From: Tubulanus polymorphus
Taxonomy: Eukaryota > Animalia > Nemertea
Reading direction: 5' to 3'
Length of the DNA stretch: 64,000 nt
Assembly (NCBI RefSeq): GCF_964204645.1
Contig: NC_134027.1
Location: 21,228,560-21,292,559, forward strand
A program made the position numbers and the translations under genes. Below, in pieces: positions 27,034 through 42,516 of the stretch. Each line of letters begins with the position of its first letter. Positions within the stretch are counted from its first letter, which is position 1. The notes beneath the pieces were generated by a model. That model worked only from the letters and a program-made list of their open reading frames with translations, was not told the DNA's origin and ran no database searches.

Positions 27034-27539
27034 TGATTATAACGACGAAGATGACCACATGCAACCCCTTTAAACAGCCCTTCTAAGGGCTAACTTCAAT
27101 TTCCAAGAAATGTTCAATTTCCAAGAAGAAGAGTTAACACGCCTCGCTTTATGCTTCAGTGCTTTTCTCCAAGTTTTAACAAAACTTTTTTTCCTCGGTG
27201 TTTGTATAAGCGGTATGTAATCATTTTTTGATCTATAACTTAACACCTAGCTAAATTTGAAATTTTGGTAATGAGTAAAACAATCATTGGGCACTCCAGG
27301 GTTAACCAATTATAGTATAACCATTTTGGGTTTTATTACATTAACAACAATTCAAAAGTGTTTATTGCTCATGCTACGGACACAATTAAGTGGTTAAAAA
27401 CGTTAATGAGATAAAGATGAAATCTTTCTAACCAAACGGAATACAATTAAGTAGTTAAGGACCCATTCATCCATTGAAAACATCTAGTAGCTATTGCGTA
27501 TAAAATACTCGTCAGAAAATTCGAAAATCCATATCCAAA

Positions 27540-27728
27540 ATGACGAACAAAGTGGGAGCAAGATTTGTTTTATTGTGACTATGCCAGAACACGGGAATGC
27601 TGTGGGTGTCTTGAAGGACAGCGAGCTTCGGTGGCTTGTGAAAATCACCCCATGGCCAATTATATTTGTATGGGGTGTTTTGTTCAATTAGTTGAACTAC
27701 GGCCGGAGAGTTGACGTTATATTACGTG
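27540..27728 (+). pseudogene. RING family B copy interrupted by the element 3 terminus
   Basis: B homology ends at TATTACGTG, immediately followed by AGTAGTTA. Confidence 0.75.
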
Positions 27729-30700
27729 AGTAGTTACATGTTGTCACTATGTCACCATAAAACGAGTTCGGGCAAGTCATTTTCTGACAAAAAAAACGCG
27801 TTGCAAATCCATAATTTAGTCATTCTGCTCAGAGACTTTGAACCGTCAACATCATACAACATCATCGTAATAATGGATTCGGCCAGCGGACAAAGTATTT
27901 TAGAAATATTTAATACACCAGTTAAAGCTAAGTCATCGCTTAAATCTAGAAAAAGAAAACACCCCTCCCTGAAACTCGACTTTAGTAAGTTTCTACTTAT
28001 TTCCCCGTATTCGAAACCGTCAAATATTAAGACATACGTATACTGATATATGATATTTTATTGTTCTTTTAGGTTCAATCGTTAATGACAACGCTGTCGC
28101 CGGCCCATTGAAAAGTGCGAACTTGCGTAACACCTGGAACAATGACCCCGAACCCCATTATCTAGGATCTCTTGTTTACGCGAGTGCGAAAACGTGGCAG
28201 GGGGTAAAACGTGTAGATTTACGGTCGTACGAGTGCTGTGAACGAAGAAACAACTGTATCCCACTAAAAACGGTATTTCGCTCGATCCCCAAGAGTGGGT
28301 GCATATAGATTTTTGTAAATCCGATATCGAACACGAAATTGCGCGCGTTAAAGAAGATATTGAATACGTGGGTGTAATGACTGTCGGTCGTACCAACTTT
28401 ATCAAAATATATAGGTCTAGTCACGATCATCGTATTTACGTAGATATCTGAAAATACGATCTATTCGATGAACTTCTCAGTGTTTCTCCGACTAGATGCG
28501 GTGTAAAACTAACATTGGAACAATGGAAAAAATCAGCAAACGCTGACGCAACACATGGGCTCCCACTTTGGGATTTCTGATTGCCAGTGCGTCACATGCG
28601 GTAAGGTGTTTGCGCGCAAAGACAATCTGAAGCGACACGCCAAAACGTGTCAAAAATTCGTCAAACAACCACGTGTAAACCCTCTACCATGTGTAAACCC
28701 TCAGCCACAACCTGATTGTCACCACCACCATCCGTACGGGAGTTTACCTGCTCGCGATGCTCGGATTCGTTCCCTTCAATCGCCGAGTTAAGAAACCATA
28801 GTGAGGTATGCGCGCCACAGCCCTCAACATCGAAGCGTCCTATCGACGATATTAATGATGAGGAAGAAGTACCGTGTTCGAAGCGCCCTAACTTTGAAAA
28901 CCCCGACGAAATAATACGGGGCAATATTAAACTGGTCAGGGTAAGTATTTGAATACAGCAAAATCGTATAACATATATAATGACGAGCTATTTCGAATGA
29001 ATAAAAAGAATGTTTCCATTATTTTACAGAACGGTGTACAGCACAGTAAAAAGTTCAATATGAAAACTGAGCTGTACAAGGTTACCGTGATACCACATGA
29101 CGACCAGAATAACGGCCAACTCGAAGCGCAGGACACACAAACCACTGTCCGGAACTATCTAACTGATGTTTTAGCGGCTATAAGTGAAATGTTGGACGCT
29201 CGTTCGAATGACGTGATCCGGATATCTATCGAACATGCGGAACTCAATGGAAACATTGAATTTCCATTCGTACCGTTGGACGAACTAACGGTAGAATAAA
29301 TACTCGATAGAATAATCCGTGTTCTACAGTCGAATGAGGATTTGTCTTTGGATGGATTAATTTTCCATTGTACATTCATCCGAATGCCGCTAGGTGGTGT
29401 CCGTCGAAAACGAGTTGAGGTAAATTTCGAGTCGTTTAGACAAAACAAACGCTGTATTGTCTCGATCGATAATGACGTCTCGCTAGGTCATTAGTGGTGG
29501 CAAAGGCGTGTGCGGATAATGATCCGCGTTATAACGCTATTCGTCAATGCGATCGTCGGACACAGAAGGACGCGGCAATATTGCCCCACACGCGAGTGCC
29601 GGTGTACCCCAAGGCAAGTGTGGATTGCGTGAAATGGATTCGCTTGCGAAACAATTATCCGATTACTACATACTTGTTGTAACTGGTGATGATATCGCTT
29701 ATCACATTTTATACGAAAACAACCGCAATGTGTTAGACGTTCAGGGTGTAAATGCCAAAAAGCTTATATTATTATATACGGATGGACATTTCGATGTAAT
29801 TACATCGATGGCTTCATTTACCTGTCGAGTTTACTATTGCTACATTTGTAAAAAGGGGTATATGAATACAGAGCGACATCGCTGTACAGATAAATGTAGA
29901 CTTTGCTTTGGGGATTGCGTAGAACAACGGGGAAATTATTTGTGCGTACAGTGTAACATTTATTTTAAATTGGAAGCGTGTTTAGCCAGACACTGCAGAA
30001 CACGAGCAGACGGGTTAAGCGTATGCGATTCGAGATCGAGGTGTTTACAATGCGGGTCTATTGTATCTAGAAAGAAACTTGATCCTAAATCTCACGACTG
30101 CGGGCAAAAATACTGCAGTTCGTGTATAGAGCGAAAGCCTAGCGGTCATCTTTGCTACATCGGGGTCGCAAAAAGCAGGGATGAGAACGCCGACCTGTAA
30201 AATCCGCGGGTTATTTTTCTTGAGTGGCATACGCGAACCACTAGCGAGCGCCGAAGGCGCGAAGCTATTTTGGGGGGGTTTGGGGGCCCTCCCCCTTGAA
30301 AATTTTAGAAATTAAATACGTTTTCCCCGGGGAATTATATAGAATGCTTTTAGACGAAACTTTAGAGATAAGCGATCTGTTGTTGTGTAATGACAAAGTG
30401 CTAAGAGTGCATTACAAAAAATGCGAAGAATTTGTCGAATCGACAAACAAAAACCAGTGTCGCTTTAGCAACTTTCACAAAGGCTCATGCACGACTTATT
30501 CTTCATAGTTATATGGAGAAATTAGGGGAACTGAATGTAAGGTAAAAGAGATAAATTTGAATTTTCGAAACAAGCAAATTGTAAACTTTGGTTCCATGGT
30601 GGATATAATCGTCGAAGAAAAGTACGACCATCTTAACATATTAAACCCCAACAAATGATTAGAAACATCAAGGATTTACAATAGAGACGAACGTAAAATA

Positions 30701-30755
30701 TACTGCACCATTTATACTAAATGAGCTTTCGACGCTGCAGATCGGTATAACAATG
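27729..30755 (+). mobile_element. Maverick/Polinton element 3 (left terminus, PC4, ZnF-pPolB remnants)
   Basis: AGTAGTTACATGTTGTCACT matches the other termini (AGTAGTTA-N6-GTCACT). PC4 27873-28532 (intron 27985-28072); ZnF/pPolB fragments 28533-30752 (intron 28941-29029). Confidence 0.82.
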
Positions 30756-31719
30756 AATAACTGGTGCAATGAAGCGATAGCAAACCCTAGATAAAACGCT
30801 GCAAGATTTCGGTGTATCCTTTGAACTTATTGGCGACCATCAAACACTATAGGGAGAAATCAGCGTCCTGGATAAACAATAAATCGTATAGATGAAAAAA
30901 TGAAGATGAAAAAAAAACCTGTACTCATGGCAGATCAACTAAATCCTAGCCCGCTGATCTACTGAGCTTTCCAACAAGTTGCAGATTCAGCACGGAGAGA
31001 AGTTGGTTGAACTTTTGGAACTGGACTGACAGACAGAAACAGAAAACGACAGAAAATTACACCTAGTAGAACGAGAACTAGTATCCCGAATGGACATAAG
31101 AGCAAAACCTAAATAAAGCACAATTTGCAATCTCACTTTTTCAATATTTCAACAAATCTGAAATAGGATACTCATTTTCAGATAAAACGCATTTCACAAG
31201 TGTGGCACGCACTTAAAAATAAAAATAAGCAGGGATGGCTATCGATGAAAATTGAAATAGTTTTGCTCAAGCTGCAACCTTAATTTAACCTTACCTAATC
31301 GGTCAATTTTATGGTCAGTAAATTATTTTAGAAAAAAACTACAGGCAATGAAAAATGTAAGACCTCTATGTAAGGAAACATACGCCTAATTCATTTTGTC
31401 TGATATAAATCATCTTTGGATGATTTGTGGGATTTCTCTTGTATATTCATCTAACACTGATCTTGTGTATCTTCTCGGCTTAAGGAGCAATAAATAATAA
31501 AAAGGATCGCTGACGTGTCTTACCAGTACCTGTTACTTGTAGCTGGTATTTACGGTCTTTGATTGTCACTAAGTCTCAGGTTTTTGTCTTCCTTTCCACC
31601 ACTGCGATCAAGGTTCAGCGTATGATGAGAATGTGTCTTGGATCTGAAATGAAATGAAAAAGCTTAACAATATGACGCTACGTTTTACACATTTTGCTGG
31701 ATATTTTTGCGGAAAAATA

Positions 31720-32425
31720 ACTGTGAACTTTACAGAGATGAGATCATTGAATATTCCATGAAATTTCTGGTGAATAAGATGAATTCACGATCAATTAAAT
31801 ATATTTCATGGATTTTTTTTACCAGGATTACATCATAAGTTCACATCAGATTTCCTGTTAAACTAAAATATCTTTTGTTTTTATATTTCATACAAATTAC
31901 TTTCAAGATTGTATGTAAATTCAACTTTCTTCCAAATAAATTATACAAAAAAATGACTGTGAACTTTACAGAGATGAGATCATTGAATATTCCATGAAAT
32001 TTATGGTGAATAAGATGAATTCACGATCAATTAAATATATTTCACGGATTTTTTTACCAGGATTACATCATAAGTTCATATCAGATTTCCTGTTAAACTA
32101 AAATATCTTTTGTTTTTATATTTCATACAAATTACTTTCAAGATTGTATGTAAATTCAACTTTCTTCCAAAATAATTATACAAAAAAATGACTGTGAACT
32201 TTACAGAGATGAGATCATTGAATATTCCATGAAATTTATGGTGAATAAGATGAATTCACGATCAATTAAATATATTTCACGGATTTTTTTACCAGGATTA
32301 CATCATAAGTTCATATCAGATTTCCTGTTAAACTAAAATATCTTTTGTTTTTATATTTCATACAAATTGCTTTCAAGATTGTACGTAAATTGTACTTTCT
32401 TCCAAATAAATTATACAAAAAAATA
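31720..32425. repeat. Tandem repeat, ~235-bp unit x3
   Basis: ACTGTGAACTTTACAGAGATG starts at 31720, 31956 and 32191. Confidence 0.9.
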
Positions 32426-35400
32426 ACAATAAATTATACAAAATCTAATTGATCGACGATGTCATTTTGGTAAAGTTTTAAGTTTTTTTTCTACAAAGTT
32501 TTCGACAGAAAATTTAAAATATGACTCCAGAAGGTATCCATTTCTGTAAATATCATTTAGGCATCAAAATAGATAACATATCAACCATCACGCGGTTGAT
32601 CTCAATAAATTACATCATTTCGGTAATAACGATGACCGCAACCTCCAGCTATTTTCGAACATTCATTTGGATTGAAGTTATAATTACTAGTACATGAATA
32701 AAAGTGTGGAATGTGATTCTGCGCCGAAAACCCGATCTCAGTACGGAACTGAGCTGGCCGCGTATTTACACCGAATCTAGTGCGAAACGCAGCTATAGGC
32801 TCCTACATATAACGATTTAGAATTTTACTGAAGTCAATTTAAAGAAATCAATCTGCTCCTAGTCATTACATTGTTCAGTATAGTATAATTCGAAAAAACT
32901 TGATGCTTACCCTACATTCTTTCATTAGCAAAAAATAGATATTACGTCAAGTTTTTTTTCAAAGAGATTAAGGGTACACTAGTTTGAATCTACATGAGCC
33001 ACTGAACAGTTCATATGTATATGTTCGTTGAATGTTGGTAAATAATCATTTATCGAATATGAAATATCATTTAGAAGATTTTTTTTCGAAAAAAATTTCA
33101 AACACCTAGATACATGTTGATGGTACCATAATTCTGGATAACAAAATAAAATATCATTTGAATGATTAGGTTTGTCAATCAAGTTGCTTATGGATTATGT
33201 TTGATTTCCAAGTTTCGCAATAAGTAATTATTATCTACTTATAAAAATCTAGATTTACTTATGAGAGATACCCATGTCAGATACAAGTTTAGTTGTAATG
33301 TACATCATGAATAGAAAAATTACCGGTGATGTTGATGAAGATAACGAAATGCTATGAGTTCCGACATCCTAACCCAGTGGTGGCCAATGCAAGAATGACT
33401 CTGTGAGCCTTTGTAGACCCAAGTTGGCCCTATATCCATTTCAATGTTTGCTTCGTTAATGCCTGCATATGCAACGAGCCAATCATCTCAAGCTGAGATG
33501 ATTGCCTGTGAGCAATCATCTCAAGCTGAGATGATTGCTTGTGAGCAATCATCTCAAACTAAGATGGTAATTAGTGGGCATGTGACACTACTGAGTTTGT
33601 CTGTTGTTAGTTGCTTAATTAGATTGCAAAGGTCAAACCAAAATTAAGTTAATAACTATAGGCCTAACTAGCAGCTGACTAATCTTTCTGGCTGAGTAGT
33701 TTTTTTCTGAAGTTTAGACAACTTAATTACTATTCAGTGGATCAAGTAGATTGTATCATCTCTGACATGGTGACTATTAGCAGGGAGGTGGTGAAAACTA
33801 ACAATAATAAAGGCATAATTATTCATGCCATATGAGTATTGGAAGGAAACAAGTTTAGACAAAATTCACAAACAATCGGGACGCTTAATTCTATCATCAA
33901 AGATCAAGTTTAGCCTAAAACATAGTTTCCACAGTTATATGAATTCAAAATTCCCAAGTTTTTCCCAAGTATTTCATGGGTGATTTTTCAATTTTGCCAA
34001 ATGAAAATGAACAGATATCGTCGTGCAACAGTCGACATTTTAGCGGTGACTGGTTGATAAAGGTGATTTTCTAGGGAAATTGATGAAGTAAGTTGCCCTT
34101 GGCAAACGCAATATGTGAAATGTAGTGAATTTCCCAAATATTTCCCTGATTCGATGAAAATTTTTCAAATTCCCAAATATTTCCAATCCGGGAATTCCCA
34201 AGTTTTTCCCAATTTCCCTGTTCTTAGGAACCATGCTAAAATAGTTTTCTCTTTTCATGATATCCATAACCATTGCTAAATCATGAATTCAGTGGGCAAC
34301 TAGTAGGAAAAAAAACCAATAAAACTTATATGTTCCAACCTATAGGCCTATATTACTACTTGTCTCTTTATCTACTTAAACCTGGTAAACATAACTATCT
34401 ACGAATCTACTGATGAGTGGCGTTGGAAGTGCAGCGACTGCAGCGGCGAAAGCCACGGCAATATTTTACTGAATGACGTTTTTTTTTTCGTTGAATACAA
34501 CAATACATTTTACTCAATAAGTTTTCATAGTAATAAGCTCGAGTCAGTGCTCATCATTAATTAATTTCTCTCAAACATGTCAGCCCGCATATGCTAGTTT
34601 GTGAGTCCTCGTGTCTACAAGTTGTCTGACACCTAGTTCTCACTTCTACTCATGATTCTGTATATGAAGACTACGTAAAACTAAGATCATCATTTTCATT
34701 CCGGGATAAGGTTTAACTGCCTGGTGTTCCTGATGGATGGAATCCTGTACTGCCGGTGTGAAAGCTAGTTCCCTAACCAGCCTGCCGATACAAGCAGCCA
34801 GTTACACAAGTATACTGGATAACAATTTGTAAAAATTTGTGCAATACAAGAAATTCATAATGATCATTATGTTGTGAAATAGGTATAACTAGATTTACAC
34901 TTTGCGGCCTAAAATACCCCCGACAATAGACTCTCCCCAAGAAGCCATTATCATTCATATCATAGTGAGATTCGATTGGAATCCTGAGTCTGAAAATTGA
35001 TAAATGACAAAGATGTGACTGATTTACATGGTGTCCAGGAGTAGAATCTTAATGGTATATTAGATAAATATACACAATCATTTTGAATCGACAGAAATTA
35101 TAGATTCATTTATAAGTTCAAATAATTTGATTAATCTAGGCCAATATTAAAATATCTGAGTCAACGTGAATTATAATGTACAACATTCATAAGATGAAAA
35201 TGCAAAGACTGACTTACCGAAACATTCTTAAATTACAATACATTTATGATAGATGTGACCAGTTTACTTGGTGTCCAGGAATGAAATGACCTAACTTGAG
35301 CTTGACCACAGTAATTTGGTTTAGGCCACTCCCCAGATGTTACAACAATCATACTTCCTTACAATTGGTCAGTCTCAGTTTCTCTGCAGAGTGAATTAAC

Positions 35401-38400
35401 ACTATTTGTTTGTTTTAGGCCTAATTATTGAGTCAGAAAGTCCACAGCTGTTGTCTACAATAAAAATCTAGTTATAGTCAATGGTTTCTATGAAAACTAT
35501 TTACAGATAATTATTCTCTAAGTTCTCTATGTTGGTGACATGTTAATGAGACTGGTGTATAATTAGCAGGTTAATTGTAAATAAGCCAACAACAGTCTTT
35601 TCTGAGATTTGGTGACTCAATACAAAGGCCTAAATCCTATATATAGAACTTAATATATGTTGATAATTAAATGTGAAATACTTAAGTATTATATTTGAAG
35701 AATATTACAATACAATAATTTTAAACCTAAGCCCTACAATGTACCCTATTACCCTATCACCTCCTCCAATCCTTACACTGAGTTTCCATGAAAATCCATC
35801 AAGAATTGAAGGCTGAATAGCGCAACCAAGACAATCAAAGATGTCTGCTATGGAAACAATGCAATTTACACTCCCATCAAGCATTTTCCGTAAAAACCAG
35901 ATAAGTTCATCCATAACTTATCGAATTTTGTCAGTATTCTCGGTAAAGTAAAACTTTTCTAAAATCAGAACACCGTATTTTGAGAACAGTTGGCAGCTCT
36001 GTATTAGTCGAACAGTTCCAAGCCTAAAAATTCCCTGCTTAAACTTACTCTAAAACCCAAATTTGATTGGATGGTGAGTTGTCCTTTGAAAAATTGAATG
36101 ATTATTCACAAAGTTTTCTTATTATTTGAGATCTAATTGGAATTCTATTTTAACCATGGAATGATGTTAGCTTATTGAATTTTATTTATTTATTTTGTTA
36201 ACTTAATATTTTGCCAACCTTTTATTCAAATGCTATTGTGAAGTTAAAAATGTCCCATTTGTAAGTTAGGAAAATATGTCCCAAATTTTGGTATCAACTC
36301 ATTTTGCTTATTTCATTGAGAACGTGTCAACTGAGTAAAACACCAAAACCATTATTTCATGAGACAAACTTCAGGGTAATCCTGATAATATTATGAAGAC
36401 GTTTAGGATATATATACATATTATTGGGCTTTCATGAATTATACCAATAAAGCTTTCGGGAACATAGTAGTAGGGTTCAGTTATCAGCGGTTAAACAATA
36501 TCAACAAGTAGTGCATGGAAGCTGGTGTTCATGGCCAGTATGTGGAAGCCATATGTGGAAGAGGACCTGCACACATTACACAAGAGAAATTAATATAAAT
36601 AGGGAGGTTTTTGTAAGCACGAATAGAGAGCTACGGGGAATGATCTGTTTACATCTAGTAAGAAGAAATAAACGAATGATAACTTTAGCCATTGTTAAGT
36701 TATTTCTGGAGCAGTGTAGAGTCAATACCGAGGACGGAGATCTGATCTAAGAGAAGTGTCCTTGCAACATCATCTAGAAGAATTATTACCACGAAGCTAC
36801 TTGGACAACCCAACCCGGATCCGCAGCACTGGAAGAGATACGGACCGCAACATAGGTGGAGTTCCATACTACAACATTGTTGGAGAACCGAAACCATACC
36901 CACAACATTGGTGGAGTAGAATCCATCACACAACAATAATAAAAAGGAACGATTAGTGGATATCTTTGTGAAATAACTCGACTCAACAAACTTTGTTATT
37001 AGTTTAAAAGGAACAAGCTTTATCTAAGTGAACACGATAATCATTATAATTAGATTGAACCAATTTTTTCATGAGACAAACTCTGATAATCAAAGGGTAC
37101 TGTAATTAGTGTACCTAATCAAAGAAGTAACTCAACTCCTCAACCTGACAGCACGTGATTTGACTTCACTTTAATGTACATTGTTTCCTTTGATTAAAGG
37201 GTTTTAGTTAGTATCAGTTAAGATAGTATATACTTTACTATAATATCGTTAAAACTAACTAACGCCTATATAATGAATGATTTTTATAGAAACTGAAGCA
37301 TAAACCACCTTTTGTACTGGGAATGAAATAATAGATAGAATTCTAATAAAGTGAGTATTATAAGAAAAACATCAATACGTAAACATATTTACTGTATTTG
37401 ATGTGAAATTCAATAAATTACCAAGTTATTAATGATAGACTGGGACATTTTTTCCTACTTTACAAATGGGACAATTTTTCTGGGGACATGTTTTCCAGGG
37501 ACATTTTTTCCCTGGGACTTTTTTTGCGGGGAAATTTTTTCCTGGGACATTTTTACCGTATACCGTTTTATTGAGCCTAGGACTAGAGCCAGTGACTATT
37601 ATATTCAAGATGTTCCCTGCTCAATTTTGTGTAATCGGACCATTAGTGTCTGTAGGATTGGATTCTAGTATGTTCTTCCCTATTGCTTAGTTATTAATGA
37701 ATGCTGAGCTAACCCCAAAATCCAGTATTTCCACTAGGCATATATGATCTATATTTACAATTTTCTACTGTTTTAACACATCACGATGCTTATTTCATTG
37801 CGTAAGAAATTAATATAACAAATTGAGAATGATGCGCTATGCTCAAACAAAGTATGGTGAAGTGAATCAAACAACTAAGACCTACCCATTATGTTGAGCA
37901 TTTCTGCTAGGCATATGTTCTGCCTGAAGCCTGAACTTCCGGTTGGACATCCCTTTTCTCCCTGAGTTTTTCATGCCAGGTACAGAGACTGAATTCTGCG
38001 TACATTTTCATGTGACACATAGGCCTAGGGCTCCTGGAGAACTTGCGCAGTTACACAGCAAAAGTGCACCTAGTGAATAAAGGCTTTAAGCATTGGGACC
38101 ATGTGACTTGAGGAGAGGAACCCTTTAGTAGTGTAAATTGCTGCTCAATCATGCGTGAGGCAACTGACCTGAATATCGAAGCATAGTTTAACTAAGAGTC
38201 TTTGACCAATGGCAATTTCATTTGAATGTGAATTTGCCAGGATTGTGAAGCAGAAAATGTCCCCATTTTAAATACTGGGGCCAGTCTTATCTTCAATAAC
38301 AAGAAAACCTTATCTAGCAGGATTTATTACAATGTATACAGCCTCAAGAAATGGTGTTGATTGATTAAATGAGGGCCCATACCAACTTTTAATGTATCAA

Positions 38401-38569
38401 TGAAAATCTATAACAATCTTTTGAATAACACAAAACCTTTTATCATAATAGATAGCCTAAGCAACTATCAACTGCCATTAAATGATTTAGATTAGGCCTA
38501 GACCACAGGTCCTTTGTATAGTAACTCAGTTCATCTGTCCCCAGTTAATCAATATAAGTGCTCCATTAA

Positions 38570-38846
38570 CCCTTTCAGTGCTGATTTATTAATACCCTAT
38601 AGTGCTGGAGATAATTTGAAAATTTAAAAAAATTCCACCCTAGTGTGTTGAATAACGGGAATACCACTATAGGTGTCAACACTACAGCGCGGTGTATCGT
38701 TAGTTACTGGTATTTCACCATATCCGACAGATGCTGCAATTTTTCAAGAGAGATAATTACTAATTACATCACACCACAGTGCGGTGTACTAGCAAAATCT
38801 ATCACTGATTTATACACTGCACTATGGTGTAGATGCACTAAAAGGG
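38570..38846. mobile_element. piggyBac-type MITE
   Basis: TTAA|CCCTTTCAGTGC...GCACTAAAAGGG; paralog at 45566-45822. Confidence 0.7.
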
Positions 38847-41800
38847 AAAGGCCTAAATAAATTGGTCCTGTTATTAACCCTTTAACTTGCTGTCATCCCT
38901 AATTCATGCTTCATTATCCATATTTTCGCTTATTTCATAGACAAATAGGGCTGACTTGGTCCTCTTGTCCAATTTATGAAAAAAACCTAATAGGTAATTC
39001 GTATGAGCCATCAGGAACATAATCATATCTATAATGAAAATAAATGAATAACTTAAATCTAACTCAAAAGTTAATGTGGTCTATGTGCAATATGAGAAAC
39101 TCCTGAAGAATTCCATCTACGTCAGTCTTCAGTTCCTCCAGTCAATGATGGTTCCTGGCTTTGTATTGCTGCTTTTATTAAGTGTTTTAATTGTAGCCAC
39201 ATGTCGATTGTAAGAAGCTTTTAACAGGTTATTGGGTTATGCAATTAAGGCATAGTTAATATGAATTATAATTAATTCATAGAATCACGGATTAACCGTT
39301 ATCGGTAAATCGCTTAATCCGTACTAAAAAGCTTGGTTCTGAGTGATACGGATTGATCGGGGTTGACTGTAGTTTACAAGAAATAGGCCACACAAAGACA
39401 TACACCAGTTTCTTCAAAAAATCAAATTCTAACCATGCAGTAAAAATGTCCCTAATAAAAATTTGAAAGCCAAATGCACTCGCCCGCATCGGCAAAGCAT
39501 CAATAGTCTTTTAGTTCAATGAAAATCAAAACCCACTCGCCTGCAAAGCTGTTTAATATGTATTAAAACAAAGGGGTAGGGGTATTTGTCTGGCATTGGT
39601 AAAAAACTCATCTATAAGTCTCCAGGGCCCAGTTTCACAGAAAAGTTAAACTCAAATTTTTGGTGTAATTGCCATTGGTAACTTCATATCTTCAATGAGG
39701 ACAACAATTTAAACTTAACTGTTTTAGGCTTACACTTTTTCGTGAAACTGGGCCCAGGGGCGGATCCAGCTGGTAAATTTGACTATATTCCTAAAAATTA
39801 CTGCTCAATTATCTGCCGGCGACGAAGCTGATTAAAGGAGCTTTGGGGGTCCAATTAAAATGTCTCTCATTTTCCTTGTATCTAAACGCATTCTGGACCT
39901 GTCAGATTAGGTTTTTCTTGAGAGTATGTTATTAACATTTTTCTGACTATATTCTGGAAAACAGTGGAATGCGTTCCTGGTCTCTGGTTGAACTTTTTTA
40001 AACAAAGGACTATAAGGTCCAGATGGTCGAAGCATAGTTTAAAATTGGCAAGTAGTGAGTGGATGCATGAGATGTCATGGTCAGTGAAAATTAATTAAAA
40101 TTTCTCATTTGGCCTATATCTTTTTTCTAATACGGTACATGCACGCAGGGTATTTTCCGTCCGTCAATCAGAGTCGGTCAGTGTTTCAACGCAGCACTTA
40201 TCTAGCCGTGTGTATACAGCACTAGTGTTACTAGCCAACTACATACCGTATTAACTAGCTCACAGATTCCCTTGAGTACCGCTTCGAATGACACAATTTG
40301 CGTAGTTAATGTGATGCAGGCATAACTGGTTATTTTTAAAAAAAATTTATTTCAACCAATCAATCAGAGTAGATTGAATCATTCAATTGCAAATGCAATC
40401 CAGACTAGTCTGAATACTACCACCCGTTGTTACCGGTTCCATATAACGTCTGACGTTTGAGTGCCATATAGAGGTTAACTCCTGTTTTTTGCAATGCAAC
40501 AACTGATTCTAGTGTCAAACCTTTGTACTTAAAAAAAATTAATTAGTTACCTTGTTGACTTTTAAAATGTGTTTTATAATAATATTTTTGAAGATTTAAA
40601 TCGGGAACCAGAGAATTAATTGATTTGATTTGAATTTATTGCCACAGTCTGGATTTTCAATACGGACTAAATTGATAAAATGTGAAAATTCAATACGTCT
40701 CTCTAAAATTACTCTAGATGTTATTTTTTAATGACAAAACGCATCAATTTTGGCAAATTTTATCTTAAGAATTTGAAACAAGAATAATATCTGCATTCGC
40801 ATCTATGTCAGTCCAAGTTCAAGTCCCAATCCGTAATTTACACTCCCATCATGCAACAAGAAAAGCCGCCATATTTGTTCAGTTGCTTCACTTCAATTAT
40901 TTTTTGAGGCAACTAGTCAAAAGTTTTGAGTTACTACGATCGTCAAAAGCTATTTAGGATTAAATCTATGCCCAAACAATAGTTAACTTCCTTTCTGTTA
41001 ACTTATGGAAAAATCAGTTTGAGGTAAGTTTTAAGGGGTGTAATAGACGCCCAAAGCCTCGTCCCTCAAAATGAGGGATGAAAATTAACCTTATATGAGC
41101 ACTTTCGGTATTTAACGACCGGTTATCTTTAACCAACTTTTGAGCAACTGGCCCCAGAACTTTATAGCGGATAAATAAACAATATAAACACAAGGTATTT
41201 CTGTGATATTTTGAATATATTCGCAGTTTATATTTAGCGCCATTCTCGCGAGATCATCAACAACCCAGAAATAAATTCCAAGCCCATCGCCCCTGTGAGT
41301 AAAAACAAGAAATTCGAGAGTTTAGTTCATATGTAAACCCGTACGGCGTAAATTCTGGGGGAATCCAGCTTATATGGCTCATAGGCCAGCATCGAAAGGA
41401 ATCCCAGTACAGGTATGCCAGTTCATCCAAGCCCAATATCTAAGGGATTCGTGTTTGGAACCACTCCAGGCAAAAGAAGTCCAGGGAATCCCTTATTTCA
41501 TCATCGATCCGTCTCTCATCAGGATCAATGGATTTCATACATATAACCGAAATTCGTTACCTATCCCATTTGCAGAAATTATGGTAACATTTATGGGGGA
41601 CCTCTTCTTTACTCTAGGTAATATTTTTGGGGTCCGGCCCTACGCATCTTTGAGCTACTGCCAAATATCTTACCCACAACATTCGATTAGACCGCCGCCA
41701 TGATGTCAATTCAACTACAATGAAGGATTTGTTTCCATCCAGCATGATCAACATTGGCTGAGGTATATAACCAGCAAAAATTAATGTCTATTATCTATTC

Positions 41801-42516
41801 CAGAGATGTACGAATCAAAATTTATACGAGTTGTATCATATTTCTATAATTTAGTGTATCAAAAAAGGTAGTTAATTGGGTACTATTAACCATGCGGATT
41901 TTTATAAAACGTTGTGAGGCTAGCGTATTAATATATATAATAGGAGAAGGTTTAACCACAACAGACAGAACCAGACTAAATAAATTCAATGTATTTTATT
42001 TAATCGAACAAATGTATGTAGCAATCGTGCTTTTTGGTAACTACACTATTAACCACTTCATAAGATCCAGTTCCGAACTTTACAGCCCATTTAAACAATC
42101 GAACATTATATTATTTCCAATCTATTGTAAATTAATCCAAAAAACAAATGCTTTGATGTTCATAGATTTCTTGGAATACCAAGCCAAACGTTGCTCATAG
42201 TACTCTTCAATTTCTCATCTTTGACTGAATTATTGAGGGATTTCTCTCGTGAGGCTGCAAGATCTTCGATAATACTGAATAAACTCTGACCATTGTTGTA
42301 ATTATCATATATTTCATTCAAAGCACTATTCGATTGAATCATGATTCTTGATAATATTATTTACAAAGAAATGCTCATTGTTTTCATTCTATTTAGCGAA
42401 AAAGTTCTATAGTTCGGAGATATCGCTAATTCTGATCCTTGTTCAGCTCAGGTTGTTATTTTGCAGCTACCATATCAATTAGTTTTTCTCTTTTAGATCA
42501 AGTTTCAAATGCTCTT

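Noticed and set aside
31500-38000. Isolated minus-strand splice-like signals (e.g. candidate exon ~31524-31644)
   Set aside because: Stops in all frames; cannot support a gene model without transcript data.
41230-42480. Possible coding remnant downstream of eIF6 on the minus strand
   Set aside because: Short stop-interrupted frames with no recognisable motif.
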